Positions 17,561 through 27,382 of a stretch of 64,000 nucleotides of DNA are shown here, piece by piece; position 1 is the stretch's first letter; each line of letters begins with the position of its first letter. The translations under genes were made by a program, and so were the position numbers. This DNA is from an uncultured Lachnospiraceae bacterium (GTDB lineage: Bacteria; Bacillota; Clostridia; Lachnospirales; Lachnospiraceae), in NCBI GenBank assembly GCA_910587095.1, contig CAJUMJ010000041.1, positions 30,028 to 94,027 of the forward strand. Direction: 5' to 3'. The notes beneath the pieces were generated by a model. That model saw only the letters and a list, made by a program, of their open reading frames with translations. It was not told the origin of the DNA and did not search any database.

Positions 17561-20500
17561 CTATCTAAATAACCCTTTCCTTCCCTTTTTGGTTTCCTTC
17601 TTTATCTTGTCCAGAAGGAACTTCGCCTCCAGCGCGTCAAAGTTTCTTTTTAACGTCTCCTCCATCAGCGCCGCCGCTTTCTCATACTCCTTTTCGGTAT
17701 AATAATAATAACCGAGCCAGAGAGATGACTCAAAACACCTTGTATATCTGCACGCCGCGCATGGCCTGATCTTCTCCATCTTCCCCAAAAGCTCCTTGGC
17801 CTTCTCCTTGTCCCCAAGCGCCAGGTAAATCCACGCCATCTGGCCCATGCGGACGGGCACATACCCGTAGTAAGACATATAGTCTTCCGGCGTGGTGTTT
17901 CTCCGCTTCATGCAGTCCAGGACTTTCCTCGCGTGCTTTGCCGCCTCCTCGTAGTTCCCCATCATATAATAATTCTGTGCGAGATAACGTTCCCCGTCGA
18001 ACCGGTCCCAGCCTTCCTTTCGCAAAGCGACGGAAGCCTCATACTTTTTCACGGCCTCTTCGTACTGATGTATCTCGGCAAGGCGTCCGCCCCAGTCCTC
18101 ATACAGTTGCGCCAGCTCCTCCCTGTCTTCCTCACTTTTTTGAAGTCTCTTCTCCGATACCTTGAAAAGCAGCCAAAGCTCAGGCTTGATGCCTACTCCT
18201 CCCTCCTTCAGATATATAAAGGACAGATGATCGCGGTACGCCGTCGTGTTTCCCACCTGTCTGGCCCTCTGCTCCTCCACTTCCCTGGCCTCCTGCAAAC
18301 GGTCTGTCTCCTCGTAACAGTCGCTCAGAATATCCCACAGCTCTTCGTTGTCCGGGAAAACGGCAAGTCCTTCTCTGCAAAGCGCGATCGCTTTGGCATA
18401 GTCCTTTAGTTTCTGCTGGCATTCCGCCATGCCTTGATAGCCCTTCGGGGAAGCGTTTTTCGGCTCCATGCATTCGACGGCCTTTCTGTATGCCTCGTAA
18501 GCTTTCGCAAACTGCCTGTCACTCTTATAGGTATAACCGATATTCTGCAAAACAATGTATCGATCCGACTCGTCGATGGTTTTAAGCGCCTCCTCATAGT
18601 CCGCAATGGCAAGGGCAGTCTCCATCGCGTCATTATAGAGAAATCCCCTGTCCCACAGACGATAGCCGCGGGCCTCCGTCACTTCCATCTGTTTGTTGAT
18701 ATACATAAGCGCCGCGTCATAGTCGGATTGCTTATACTCGATACAGTAACGCTTCTCGTAACACCGGTACAGTCTTAGGTTTGTGTCCCGGTAAAACTCT
18801 TCTCTCTCCACCGCCTTTGTATAGTAGACAATGGCCTGGCTCCAATCCTCCGCCATCTGGAAGCAGACGCCCATACCAAAATAAAATTCCGTGTGGCTGT
18901 AAATCTTCTCCACCTTTTTATACTCCGAAAGCGCCTTGTCATACTGCTCCACATCCCTGAGCAGATTGCCGAGCACTAATGTATAATACGACTCTGTGGG
19001 ATCCATCTTGATGGCCTCCCTCACCAAGGCGATGGCTCCCTCCATCTTTTCGTCCGCTTCATACAAAAGACCTCTCTCGAATACAAGCTCCGCACGATCT
19101 ATGGCGTCCCTGTCCTCCGGGTCAGGAGGCACGGGGGAATCCTCCGTCTCCGTGATAAGCGCGTCGATAATTTCCAGCGCCCGCTTTCTCTCCTCCTCAT
19201 TCTCCGCCATCATGCGCAGAATCTTCGCCTCCTGGAACCGCATCTTCAGAGGAAACTCCACCTGATTGTCGTGGGCTCTCTCCATCACGCCAAGAGCGTC
19301 CTTATACTGCCTGTGGTCATAGAAAACGCTCGCCGCATAGAAATAAGGTTTATAAAAACCGTCGAAAATTTCTATAGCCCGGTAATAATCGTCCACCACC
19401 TGCTGTCCCTTGTCCAGATAGTAACACGCCTCCTGTCTGACCAGATAAGCCGGAAAGTATCCCTCGTCCTCAGACAGGATCACATCGCAAGCCTCTATTG
19501 CTCTCTCGTATTCCTTAAAGTAGAGATACCTGTCCGCCAGATAATACTTGCAGTCCAGGCGGATTCTCGCATCCGTTTCCATCTCAATCGCTATCCTCGT
19601 CTCCCTCTCGCCCTCCTCTCTCTCTCCGACAGCGAAAAGGCACACGCCGAGAAGCCTGTGGCTTTGGGAAGCTTTGGACGCTTTCTTTTCCGCATCGTAC
19701 CCGCCCGCTTCCACACTTTTCAGATGAGCCTCGTAGACAGGAATTGCCTCCTCATACCGCTCAAGCCGGTAAAGGCTCCACGCCTTTAGTTCAAGTCCCT
19801 CCTCCTGCAACTCCATCTCCTTGTCTTCCGCAAGAAGAGCAAGCACATCTTCGTAGCGGTTTATGTCAAACAAATTCCATCCGAGATGGGCGCGCAGCTC
19901 CTTTCCCGACAAGTCCCTGTAAGCCTCGCCCTTGTCGAGAGCCTCCCGCAATACGGGAACAAGTTCGCCATTGATTTGTTTCTGAAGCTCCGAAAGCTCT
20001 TCATCCCGTCTGTTGACCCGGATCAGGTCATGGACATACTCGCCCGCCTCAAACCATTTCTCCTCCTGCACCAGATAGAACAGGGCAAAATACTTGGCCA
20101 TGTAATAATCAGGTTCCTTCTCAAGTACAGCCTGCCACTGCTCAAACCCGCGCGCCGCCTCGTCCGTATCATAAAAGAGCTTTCCGGTCCAGACCTGCAC
20201 ATAGCTGTCGTCAGGATAGCTTTCAATCAGTCTTTCCGCGATACCGCGGCCTTTTCCCTGCTCTTTCGTCCGAATATAATACCGCAGTCTCTCCACGTCC
20301 TCGTAAGGGTGATAGAGGCCGTGGCGGCGCATATCCGATAGCTCCTGCCAGACGCCTTTTGTATCGTCCTCCTCCAGACGGCTCCTGATCTGAAAAAACT
20401 CCCGGAGATACTCATCCGTTTCCTCATCATTCTCCGGCTCATAGCCGCCATCCCCCTCCTCGAAGAGGTTATAGTCGAGGAAATCCTCCGTCTCGATATG

Positions 20501-20980
20501 GTACTCGATATGCTTTAAAAAATTGACGGGGAAGTCCTCTTTTAGCGCCTCAAAATCATCCATCACATGAAATGTCCGATCCAGAAGCCGCCATATCTTC
20601 TGTGGCAGAAAAGAATGCATGGAAAGGAAAGCCAAAACCTGTCCTCTCGCCTCCAAAAAAGTGTCGAAGCCGATACAGACCGGTTCCTCAAAGAGCTCTT
20701 TCCAGGCGTCTTCATCGTTGCGCAGGAATATGTTGCGGTAGGTTTCTCTCACGCGTCGCATCCATTGGCCCACCTCTCCTTGCGGCACTGTCTCCTTCTC
20801 CTCCTCGCGCTGCCCGGCAAACCGCAGCGCCTCCTCATAGCTTTCCCGCAGGCGCTTAAACCCCTCCGGGTCATCCTCCGGGTTTGTGACCTTTAATAAA
20901 GACAAATATGCCTGCCTGATTTTCTCCTCGTCCTTTGTCTCCGAAAGTCCCAATATTTGAAACGACAGCTTTTTATCCAT
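17561..20980 (-). CDS. J-like-domain protein with a very long TPR array
   Basis: N-terminal J-domain-like helices (ILGL...IRQAYLSLLKVTNPEDDPEGFKRLRESYEEAL) followed by about 1000 aa of TPR-like repeats. Start set at MDKK (GGGAGG, 5-nt spacer). Its stop codon lies 1 nt before the hsp70 start. Confidence 0.8.
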   Translation of the reverse strand: MDKKLSFQILGLSETKDEEKIRQAYLSLLKVTNPEDDPEGFKRLRESYEEALRFAGQREEEKETVPQGEVGQWMRRVRETYRNIFLRNDEDAWKELFEEPVCIGFDTFLEARGQVLAFLSMHSFLPQKIWRLLDRTFHVMDDFEALKEDFPVNFLKHIEYHIETEDFLDYNLFEEGDGGYEPENDEETDEYLREFFQIRSRLEEDDTKGVWQELSDMRRHGLYHPYEDVERLRYYIRTKEQGKGRGIAERLIESYPDDSYVQVWTGKLFYDTDEAARGFEQWQAVLEKEPDYYMAKYFALFYLVQEEKWFEAGEYVHDLIRVNRRDEELSELQKQINGELVPVLREALDKGEAYRDLSGKELRAHLGWNLFDINRYEDVLALLAEDKEMELQEEGLELKAWSLYRLERYEEAIPVYEAHLKSVEAGGYDAEKKASKASQSHRLLGVCLFAVGEREEGERETRIAIEMETDARIRLDCKYYLADRYLYFKEYERAIEACDVILSEDEGYFPAYLVRQEACYYLDKGQQVVDDYYRAIEIFDGFYKPYFYAASVFYDHRQYKDALGVMERAHDNQVEFPLKMRFQEAKILRMMAENEEERKRALEIIDALITETEDSPVPPDPEDRDAIDRAELVFERGLLYEADEKMEGAIALVREAIKMDPTESYYTLVLGNLLRDVEQYDKALSEYKKVEKIYSHTEFYFGMGVCFQMAEDWSQAIVYYTKAVEREEFYRDTNLRLYRCYEKRYCIEYKQSDYDAALMYINKQMEVTEARGYRLWDRGFLYNDAMETALAIADYEEALKTIDESDRYIVLQNIGYTYKSDRQFAKAYEAYRKAVECMEPKNASPKGYQGMAECQQKLKDYAKAIALCREGLAVFPDNEELWDILSDCYEETDRLQEAREVEEQRARQVGNTTAYRDHLSFIYLKEGGVGIKPELWLLFKVSEKRLQKSEEDREELAQLYEDWGGRLAEIHQYEEAVKKYEASVALRKEGWDRFDGERYLAQNYYMMGNYEEAAKHARKVLDCMKRRNTTPEDYMSYYGYVPVRMGQMAWIYLALGDKEKAKELLGKMEKIRPCAACRYTRCFESSLWLGYYYYTEKEYEKAAALMEETLKRNFDALEAKFLLDKIKKETKKGRKGLFR

Positions 20981-21053
20981 GAAACCTCCCATCTTCGACG
21001 AAAGCCTCCCCGCGCATGGCAAAGGAGGCTTTATTTTACACTTTCAATTTAAT

Positions 21054-23555
21054 TCACTTCAAGACAGGCGTGGTCGTCACAGGCTCCTTCGGCAACACCA
21101 CCTTGTCGAGCTTCCAGATCTCATCCACATACTCCTGAATGGTTCTGTCGGAGGTAAACTTGCCGGAGCAGGCAATGTTCAATATGGCGCTTCTCGCCCA
21201 TCCCTTCTCATCCCTGTAGGCAGCTTCCACCTTTCTCTGCGCCTCCGCATAAGCCTTGAAATCCTTCAAGATGAAATACGTGTCGGCCTTGGCCGTGCTC
21301 TGTGTATTTAACAGCGAATTATACAGAGAACGGAACAGATCCGGATCGCCAGGCGAGTAGGTGCCGTTGATAAGCTGCATAAGCACCTTCCGCACGTCGG
21401 GGTCATTGTTGAAGATATCTGTGGGATGATAGCCGCCGTAGTTCTCGTAACGGATGACTTCATCGGAGCTTAAGCCGAAGATAAAGGCATTCTCCTCACC
21501 TACCTCCTCCACAATCTCCACGTTCGCGCCGTCCATGGTTCCGATGGTGAGCGCGCCGTTTAACATAAACTTCATATTGCCCGTACCGGACGCTTCCTTG
21601 CTGGCCGTGGAGATCTGCTCGGACACGTCCGCCGCCGCGAAGATAATCTCTGCGTTGGAGACACGGTAATTCTCGATAAAGACAACCTTGATCTTGCCGT
21701 TAATCGCAGGATCGTTGTTCACCACATCCGCCACTGAATTGATCAGCTTGATCGTGAGCTTCGCGTTCTTATAGCCCGCAGCCGCCTTCGCGCCGAAAAT
21801 AAAAGTTCTCGGATAGAAATCCATATCCGGATGTTCCTTCAGCTCGTTGTACAGATACATCACATGGAGGATGTTTAAAAGCTGTCTCTTGTACTCATGC
21901 AGACGCTTTACCTGCACGTCAAAGATGGAACGGGGATTGACCTCAATGCCGTTGTGCTCCATGATGTACTCCGCAAGACGCACCTTATTCTGGTATTTGA
22001 TATTCATAAATTCCTGCTGCGCCTTCTCGTCGTCCGCGTAAATCTTGAGCCTGCCAATCTGCGGCAAGTCCGTGATCCACTCGTTTCCCACATGGTCGGT
22101 CACCCAATCCGCCAGAAGCGGGTTCGCGTGAAGCAGGAAGCGTCTCTGCGTGATGCCGTTCGTCTTGTTGTTGAACTTCTCAGGCATCATCTCGTAGAAA
22201 TCCTTAAGTTCCTGATTCTTTAATATTTCCGTGTGCAGTCTCGCCACACCGTTTACGGAGTAGCCGGCCGCGATCGCCAGATGCGCCATCTTCACCTGAC
22301 CGTCATAGATGATCGCCATCTTCCGAACCTTCTCATGATTGCCGGGATACATCTGCTCGATCCTCGCGATAAAGCGGCGGTTGATCTCCTCCACAATCTG
22401 ATATACTCTCGGAAGGAGTCTCGAGAAAAGCTCGATCGGCCACTTCTCAAGCGCCTCGGACATGATGGTGTGGTTTGTGTACGCGCATGTCTTCGTGGTC
22501 ACCTCCCACGCCTCGTCCCATGTCAGATAATGCTCGTCCATTAAAATGCGCATAAGCTCCGCCACTGCCACGGTGGGATGCGTATCGTTTAACTGGAAAG
22601 TCACCTTCTCATGGAACTTCCTGATGTCGTCATGGTTTCTCATATACTTCGCCACTGCCGTCTGCACCGACGCAGAGATGAAGAAATACTGCTGTTTTAA
22701 GCGGAGCTCCTTGCCCGCGTAGTGATTGTCGTTAGGGTAGAGTACCTCCACTATATTTCTCGCGAGGTTTTCCTGCTCCACCGCCTTCTGGTAATCGCCC
22801 TTGTCAAAGGAGTCGAGCTGGAAGCAGTTCACCGGCTCTGCATCCCAGATCCGAAGCGTATTGACGACACCGCTGCCGTAACCGACAACCGGCAGGTCAT
22901 AGGGAACCGCCGTCACCGCCTGATAGCCCTCCTGTTTAAAGTTGCTCCTGCCGTTCTCATCCACATATACATTCACATAGCCGCCGAAACGCACTTCTTT
23001 CGCATACTCCGGCCGGCGCAGCTCAAAGGGGTTGCCGTCTTTGAGCCAGTTATCCGGCACCTCTACCTGATAGCCGTCGCGGATTTCCTGCTTGAACATG
23101 CCGTAACGGTACCGGATGCCGCAACCGTAAGCTTCATAGCCGAGCGTTGCCAGAGAGTCCAGAAAGCAGGCTGCCAAACGTCCCAGACCGCCGTTACCCA
23201 GCGCTGCGTCAGGCTCCTGATCCTCCACCACATTGATATCGATGCCAAGCTCCGCGAGCGCCTGCGAGAACGCTTTATATGCCTGCAGATTGATCATATT
23301 GTTGCCAAGCGCCCGCCCCATCAGAAATTCCATGGACAGATAATAAACCATTTTCGGGTCCTGCCTCTCGAATTCCTTCTGTGACTTTAGCCACTGATCT
23401 ACTATGGCATCTTTGACCGCATAGGATACCGCCTGAAAAATCTGCTGGTCTGTCGCCTCCTCCAACGTCTTTCTGTAAAGTGTTTTTACATTGTAGAGAA
23501 CGCTCCTCTTAAAAAGCTCCGTGTCAAAAGTTGTCGGTGCCGCTTTCTTTATCAT
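21054..23555 (-). CDS. glgP: Glycogen/alpha-glucan phosphorylase
   Basis: 833 aa with the EASGTGNMKFMLNGA pyridoxal-phosphate site. Confidence 0.9.
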   Translation of the reverse strand: MIKKAAPTTFDTELFKRSVLYNVKTLYRKTLEEATDQQIFQAVSYAVKDAIVDQWLKSQKEFERQDPKMVYYLSMEFLMGRALGNNMINLQAYKAFSQALAELGIDINVVEDQEPDAALGNGGLGRLAACFLDSLATLGYEAYGCGIRYRYGMFKQEIRDGYQVEVPDNWLKDGNPFELRRPEYAKEVRFGGYVNVYVDENGRSNFKQEGYQAVTAVPYDLPVVGYGSGVVNTLRIWDAEPVNCFQLDSFDKGDYQKAVEQENLARNIVEVLYPNDNHYAGKELRLKQQYFFISASVQTAVAKYMRNHDDIRKFHEKVTFQLNDTHPTVAVAELMRILMDEHYLTWDEAWEVTTKTCAYTNHTIMSEALEKWPIELFSRLLPRVYQIVEEINRRFIARIEQMYPGNHEKVRKMAIIYDGQVKMAHLAIAAGYSVNGVARLHTEILKNQELKDFYEMMPEKFNNKTNGITQRRFLLHANPLLADWVTDHVGNEWITDLPQIGRLKIYADDEKAQQEFMNIKYQNKVRLAEYIMEHNGIEVNPRSIFDVQVKRLHEYKRQLLNILHVMYLYNELKEHPDMDFYPRTFIFGAKAAAGYKNAKLTIKLINSVADVVNNDPAINGKIKVVFIENYRVSNAEIIFAAADVSEQISTASKEASGTGNMKFMLNGALTIGTMDGANVEIVEEVGEENAFIFGLSSDEVIRYENYGGYHPTDIFNNDPDVRKVLMQLINGTYSPGDPDLFRSLYNSLLNTQSTAKADTYFILKDFKAYAEAQRKVEAAYRDEKGWARSAILNIACSGKFTSDRTIQEYVDEIWKLDKVVLPKEPVTTTPVLK

Positions 23556-23644
23556 TCCGCATATCCTCCTAAAATTAGTAAAATATCATAAGCCTTCCAA
23601 TCCGCAAATCCGCATTCCGTCTGCTTTTCCTTTGCGGCTATTAT

Positions 23645-23672
23645 ATTATAGCACAAAAAATCCCAACAACAA
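23645..23672 (-). promoter_or_regulatory. Sigma-A-type promoter candidate for glgP
   Basis: On the minus strand: TTGTTG, a 16-nt spacer, then TGcTATAAT (extended -10). Confidence 0.45.
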
Positions 23673-23681
23673 ACCTTAGTT

Positions 23682-26600
23682 TCACACTTTCTCAATCGAG
23701 ATGGTCACTTTCTCCCCGTTCACATCCCATTCACGGGAAATCGAGAGCTCTCCACCGGCCGCGATGGACTCGGCAAGCACTTTTCCGGCAATCGTCCGTT
23801 CATTCTTCGCGGCGATATCCGCCACCTTGTCATTGCCCGCAAAGGACACCTTAATGTGATCCATCACCTCAAAATCCGCGTCCTTGCGCATATTCTGGAT
23901 TTTGCTGATGATCTCGTACACAAAGCCCTCCTCGATCAGCTCTTCCGACAGATTCGTGTCGAGCACCACCGTTACATAATTGTCGGCCTCCGCCACAAAA
24001 CCGTCCTTCTGCGCCATGTCGATCAACAGATCCTCCTCGGCAAGGGAAACTTCTGTGCCGTCCACGACAAAGACGAGCTTGCCTTCTGCCTTTAAAGTCT
24101 CCATTGCCGCGTTGCCGTCCAATGCGGACAGATACGCCTTGATGCCGCCGAGCTGTTTGCCGTACTTCGGACCGACGGTCTTAAGCTGGGGCTTGAAGCT
24201 GTAAGTTGTAAACGCCGACACGTCGTCGGAGAATACGATCTGTTTTACATTCAGCTCGTCCTTGATGATATCCTGATAGAAATCATCAAGAACGTTTTCC
24301 GCTTTCACGTACATGGTGCCGATGGGCTGGCGGTTCTTGATATTCGCCGTATTGCGGGCCGCACGCCCCATGACAACGATCTTTAATACCTCCTGCATGG
24401 ATATTTCCAGTTTCTGGTCGATCATGCCCTCGTCCGCCGTCGGGAAATCACACAGGTGAATGCTTTCCGGCGCATCTTTTTCGATGCTGCACACCAGATT
24501 GCGGTAAATTTCCTCCGTCATGAAAGGAATCATCGGCGCGGCGCACTTGCAGATGTCCACAAGGGCCGTGTAGAGGGTCATATACGCATTGATCTTGTCC
24601 TGCTCCATGCCCTTCGCCCAGAACCGCTCACGGCTTCTTCTCACATACCAGTTGCTCATCTCATCCACAAAGTTGTCCAACACCCTCGCCGCCTCGGGTA
24701 TCCTGTAATGGTTCAGATGATCGTCCACTTCCTTGATGGCCGTGTTGAGCTTGGAGAGCAGCCACTTATCCATAACGGGAAGTTTGTCATATTCCAGGCT
24801 GTGCTTTGTCGCGTCAAAGTTGTCGATATTCGCATACAGCACAAAGAAAGCATAAGTATTCCACAAAGTGCCGAGGAATTTGCGCTGTCCCTCCTGCACC
24901 GCCTTGCCGTGGAAACGGTTGGGCAGCCAGGGAGCCGAATTTATATAGAAATACCAGCGGATCGCATCCGCGCCGTAAGTTTCCAGCGCCTCGAAAGGAT
25001 CTACCGCGTTGCCCTTGGACTTACTCATTTTCTGTCCGTTCTCATCCTGCACATGCCCGAGCACGATCACGTTCTCAAAGGGGGCTTTGTTAAACAGGAG
25101 CGTGGACTCCGCCATCAGGGAGTAAAACCACCCGCGAGTCTGATCCACCGCCTCGGAGATAAACTGCGCCGGGAACTGGCTGTCGAAAAGCTCCTTATTC
25201 TCAAACGGATAATGGTGCTGCGCAAAGGGCATCGCGCCTGAGTCAAACCAGCAGTCGATCACCTCCGGCACGCGCCTCATGATTCCTCCACACTCGGGGC
25301 ATGTACAGGTGATTTCGTCGATATAAGGCCTGTGCAGCTCCACGGTCTTCGCCGCAGCGTTGCCGCTCATTTTTTCAAGTTCCTCTCTGGAACCGATGGC
25401 ATCCATATGGCCGCAGCCTTCGCACTCCCACACATTTAAGGGCGTACCCCAGTAACGGTTACGGGAGATACCCCAGTCCTGAATGTTCTCCAGCCAGTTG
25501 CCGAAACGCCCCTCGCCGATGGATTCGGGGATCCAGTTCACCGTCTTATTGTTCCGCACCAGATCGTCGCGCACCGCCGTCATTTTGATGAACCATGACT
25601 CGCGCGCATAGTAGATCAGGGGCGTGTCGCAGCGCCAGCAGAACGGATAGTCATGCTCGAACTTTGGCGCGTCAAAGAGCTTCCCTTCCTTATCCAGATC
25701 TTTAATCACTTCCGGGTCGGCCTTCTTCACAAACAGACCGGCGTAGGGCGTCTCCTCCGTCATGCTGCCCTTGCCGTCCACGAACTGTACAAAGGGCAGA
25801 TCGTATTTGCGGCCCACCTGCGCGTCGTCCTCACCGAAAGCCGGGGCAATATGCACGATACCGGTACCGTCCGTCATTGTGACATAGTTGTCACAAGTTA
25901 CATAGTGCGCTTTCTTTTTCTGTCTGGCCGCCTCCTCGCCCGAGCAGGCAAAGAGGGGTTCATACTCCTTGTATTCCAAATCCGTGCCCACATAGGTTTC
26001 CAGCACTTCATAAGCCGGCGTGTCGTCCGCAGCCAGCTTGCCGAGTACCGTATCCAAAAGCGCCTGTGCCATATAGTAGGTATAGCCGTCCGCCGCCTTC
26101 ACCTTCACATAGGTTTCCACGGGATTCACGCAGAGCGCCACGTTAGAGGGCAGAGTCCACGGCGTTGTCGTCCATGCCAGAAAGTAAGCGTCCTCGCCCA
26201 CCACCTTAAACCGGGCGATGGCAGAGCGTTCCTTCACCGCCTTGTAGCCCTGGGCCACCTCGTGGGATGACAGGGGCGTGCCGCAGCGGGGGCAGTAAGG
26301 AACGATCTTAAAGCCCTTGTACAAAAGTTTCTTATCCCAAATCTGCTTGAGCGCCCACCACTCCGACTCGATAAAATCATCGTGATAAGTCACGTACGGG
26401 TCGTCCATATCCGCCCAAAAACCGACCGTACCGGAGAAATCTTCCCACATACCCTTGTATTTCCAGACCGATTCCTTACACTTGCTGATGAAAGGGTCAA
26501 GGCCGTACTCCTCGATCTGTTCCTTGCCGTCCAAGCCGAGCAGTTTCTCCACTTCCAGTTCCACAGGCAGCCCATGGGTATCCCATCCTGCCTTGCGCGG

Positions 26601-26837
26601 CACCATATACCCCTTCATGGTGCGGTATCTGGGAATCATATCTTTAATGACGCGCGTCAGCACGTGTCCGATATGAGGCTTGCCGTTCGCCGTCGGCGGC
26701 CCGTCATAAAACGTGTAAGTGGGGCCTTCCTTGCGGGAGTCCATGCTCTTTGTAAAGATATCGTTCTCCTTCCAGAACCGGCATACCTCTTTTTCCCTGT
26801 CCACAAAATTCAGATTTGTGTCAACTTTCTGATACAT
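23682..26837 (-). CDS. ileS: Isoleucine--tRNA ligase
   Basis: 1051 aa with HIGH (PHIGH) and KMSKS motifs. Confidence 0.95.
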   Translation of the reverse strand: MYQKVDTNLNFVDREKEVCRFWKENDIFTKSMDSRKEGPTYTFYDGPPTANGKPHIGHVLTRVIKDMIPRYRTMKGYMVPRKAGWDTHGLPVELEVEKLLGLDGKEQIEEYGLDPFISKCKESVWKYKGMWEDFSGTVGFWADMDDPYVTYHDDFIESEWWALKQIWDKKLLYKGFKIVPYCPRCGTPLSSHEVAQGYKAVKERSAIARFKVVGEDAYFLAWTTTPWTLPSNVALCVNPVETYVKVKAADGYTYYMAQALLDTVLGKLAADDTPAYEVLETYVGTDLEYKEYEPLFACSGEEAARQKKKAHYVTCDNYVTMTDGTGIVHIAPAFGEDDAQVGRKYDLPFVQFVDGKGSMTEETPYAGLFVKKADPEVIKDLDKEGKLFDAPKFEHDYPFCWRCDTPLIYYARESWFIKMTAVRDDLVRNNKTVNWIPESIGEGRFGNWLENIQDWGISRNRYWGTPLNVWECEGCGHMDAIGSREELEKMSGNAAAKTVELHRPYIDEITCTCPECGGIMRRVPEVIDCWFDSGAMPFAQHHYPFENKELFDSQFPAQFISEAVDQTRGWFYSLMAESTLLFNKAPFENVIVLGHVQDENGQKMSKSKGNAVDPFEALETYGADAIRWYFYINSAPWLPNRFHGKAVQEGQRKFLGTLWNTYAFFVLYANIDNFDATKHSLEYDKLPVMDKWLLSKLNTAIKEVDDHLNHYRIPEAARVLDNFVDEMSNWYVRRSRERFWAKGMEQDKINAYMTLYTALVDICKCAAPMIPFMTEEIYRNLVCSIEKDAPESIHLCDFPTADEGMIDQKLEISMQEVLKIVVMGRAARNTANIKNRQPIGTMYVKAENVLDDFYQDIIKDELNVKQIVFSDDVSAFTTYSFKPQLKTVGPKYGKQLGGIKAYLSALDGNAAMETLKAEGKLVFVVDGTEVSLAEEDLLIDMAQKDGFVAEADNYVTVVLDTNLSEELIEEGFVYEIISKIQNMRKDADFEVMDHIKVSFAGNDKVADIAAKNERTIAGKVLAESIAAGGELSISREWDVNGEKVTISIEKV

Positions 26838-26871
26838 AGTGTCCTTCCTTTCTCAATCCTAAATTCCCACG

Positions 26872-27048
26872 TATAAGCAGATTCGGGATGCTCCGTGGGC
26901 CTTACGGCTCCGTTTCCTCTTGCGCGATAAGCAGTTCGGGATGCTTCGCATCTCTCACTCGCGTTGCTCCCCGTAAGCCCCTCAAAGCATCCCCTCGTGC
27001 AGGCACGGTGTCTGCTTTGCGGGTCTTCCTGCTCTGCTTATCGCGCAA
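26872..27048. repeat. Structured repeat-containing segment between the T-box terminator and the ileS start codon
   Basis: A perfect 15-bp inverted repeat spans 26920-26934 / 27034-27048. A 20-bp direct repeat, ATAAGCAG(A)TTCGGGATGCT, occurs at 26873 and 26927. A 9-bp stem spans 26938-46 / 26985-93. Confidence 0.7.
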
Positions 27049-27300
27049 AAAACCCCCGTCCCGTAAAAGGACGAGGGTAAAATTCTCGTGATACCACCTG
27101 TTACGACGTACCGCCATCATAGATGGCTATACGGTTCCCGGTAACGGCAGGACGCCGTCAGAGCCTACTGTTTCGCCACGCAAAAGTTCGGTCTGAAACT
27201 CAGAAGTGATTTTCACTGATTCTCTACTCGTACCGGTCTTGCACCATCACCGGCTCGCTGTGACTTTTAAAAATCAACTACTGTCTTCCTCAACGTCTCT
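27047..27300 (-). promoter_or_regulatory. T-box leader (tRNA-sensing riboswitch) of ileS with its terminator
   Basis: On the minus strand: AGAGA near the 5' end, a CCGGU...ACCGG distal hairpin with a GGUG loop, and the T-box sequence CAGGUGGUAUCACGAG. The terminator CCCTCGTCC-TTTTAC-GGGACGGGGG plus T6 lies at 27047-27078. The candidate specifier AUC followed by A is at 27218-27220; it was assigned by context and a UCA reading cannot be excluded by eye. Confidence 0.8.
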
Positions 27301-27320
27301 TTCTATCATAACTGCTTATC

Positions 27321-27349
27321 ATTTTGGCATCGAAAGGCGGGATTGTCAA
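27321..27349 (-). promoter_or_regulatory. Promoter candidate for the ileS leader
   Basis: On the minus strand: TTGACA, a 17-nt spacer, then TGcCAAAAT. Confidence 0.4.
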
Positions 27350-27382
27350 GACAATTTATTGTTTATTTTTAGTTTATCCCTG

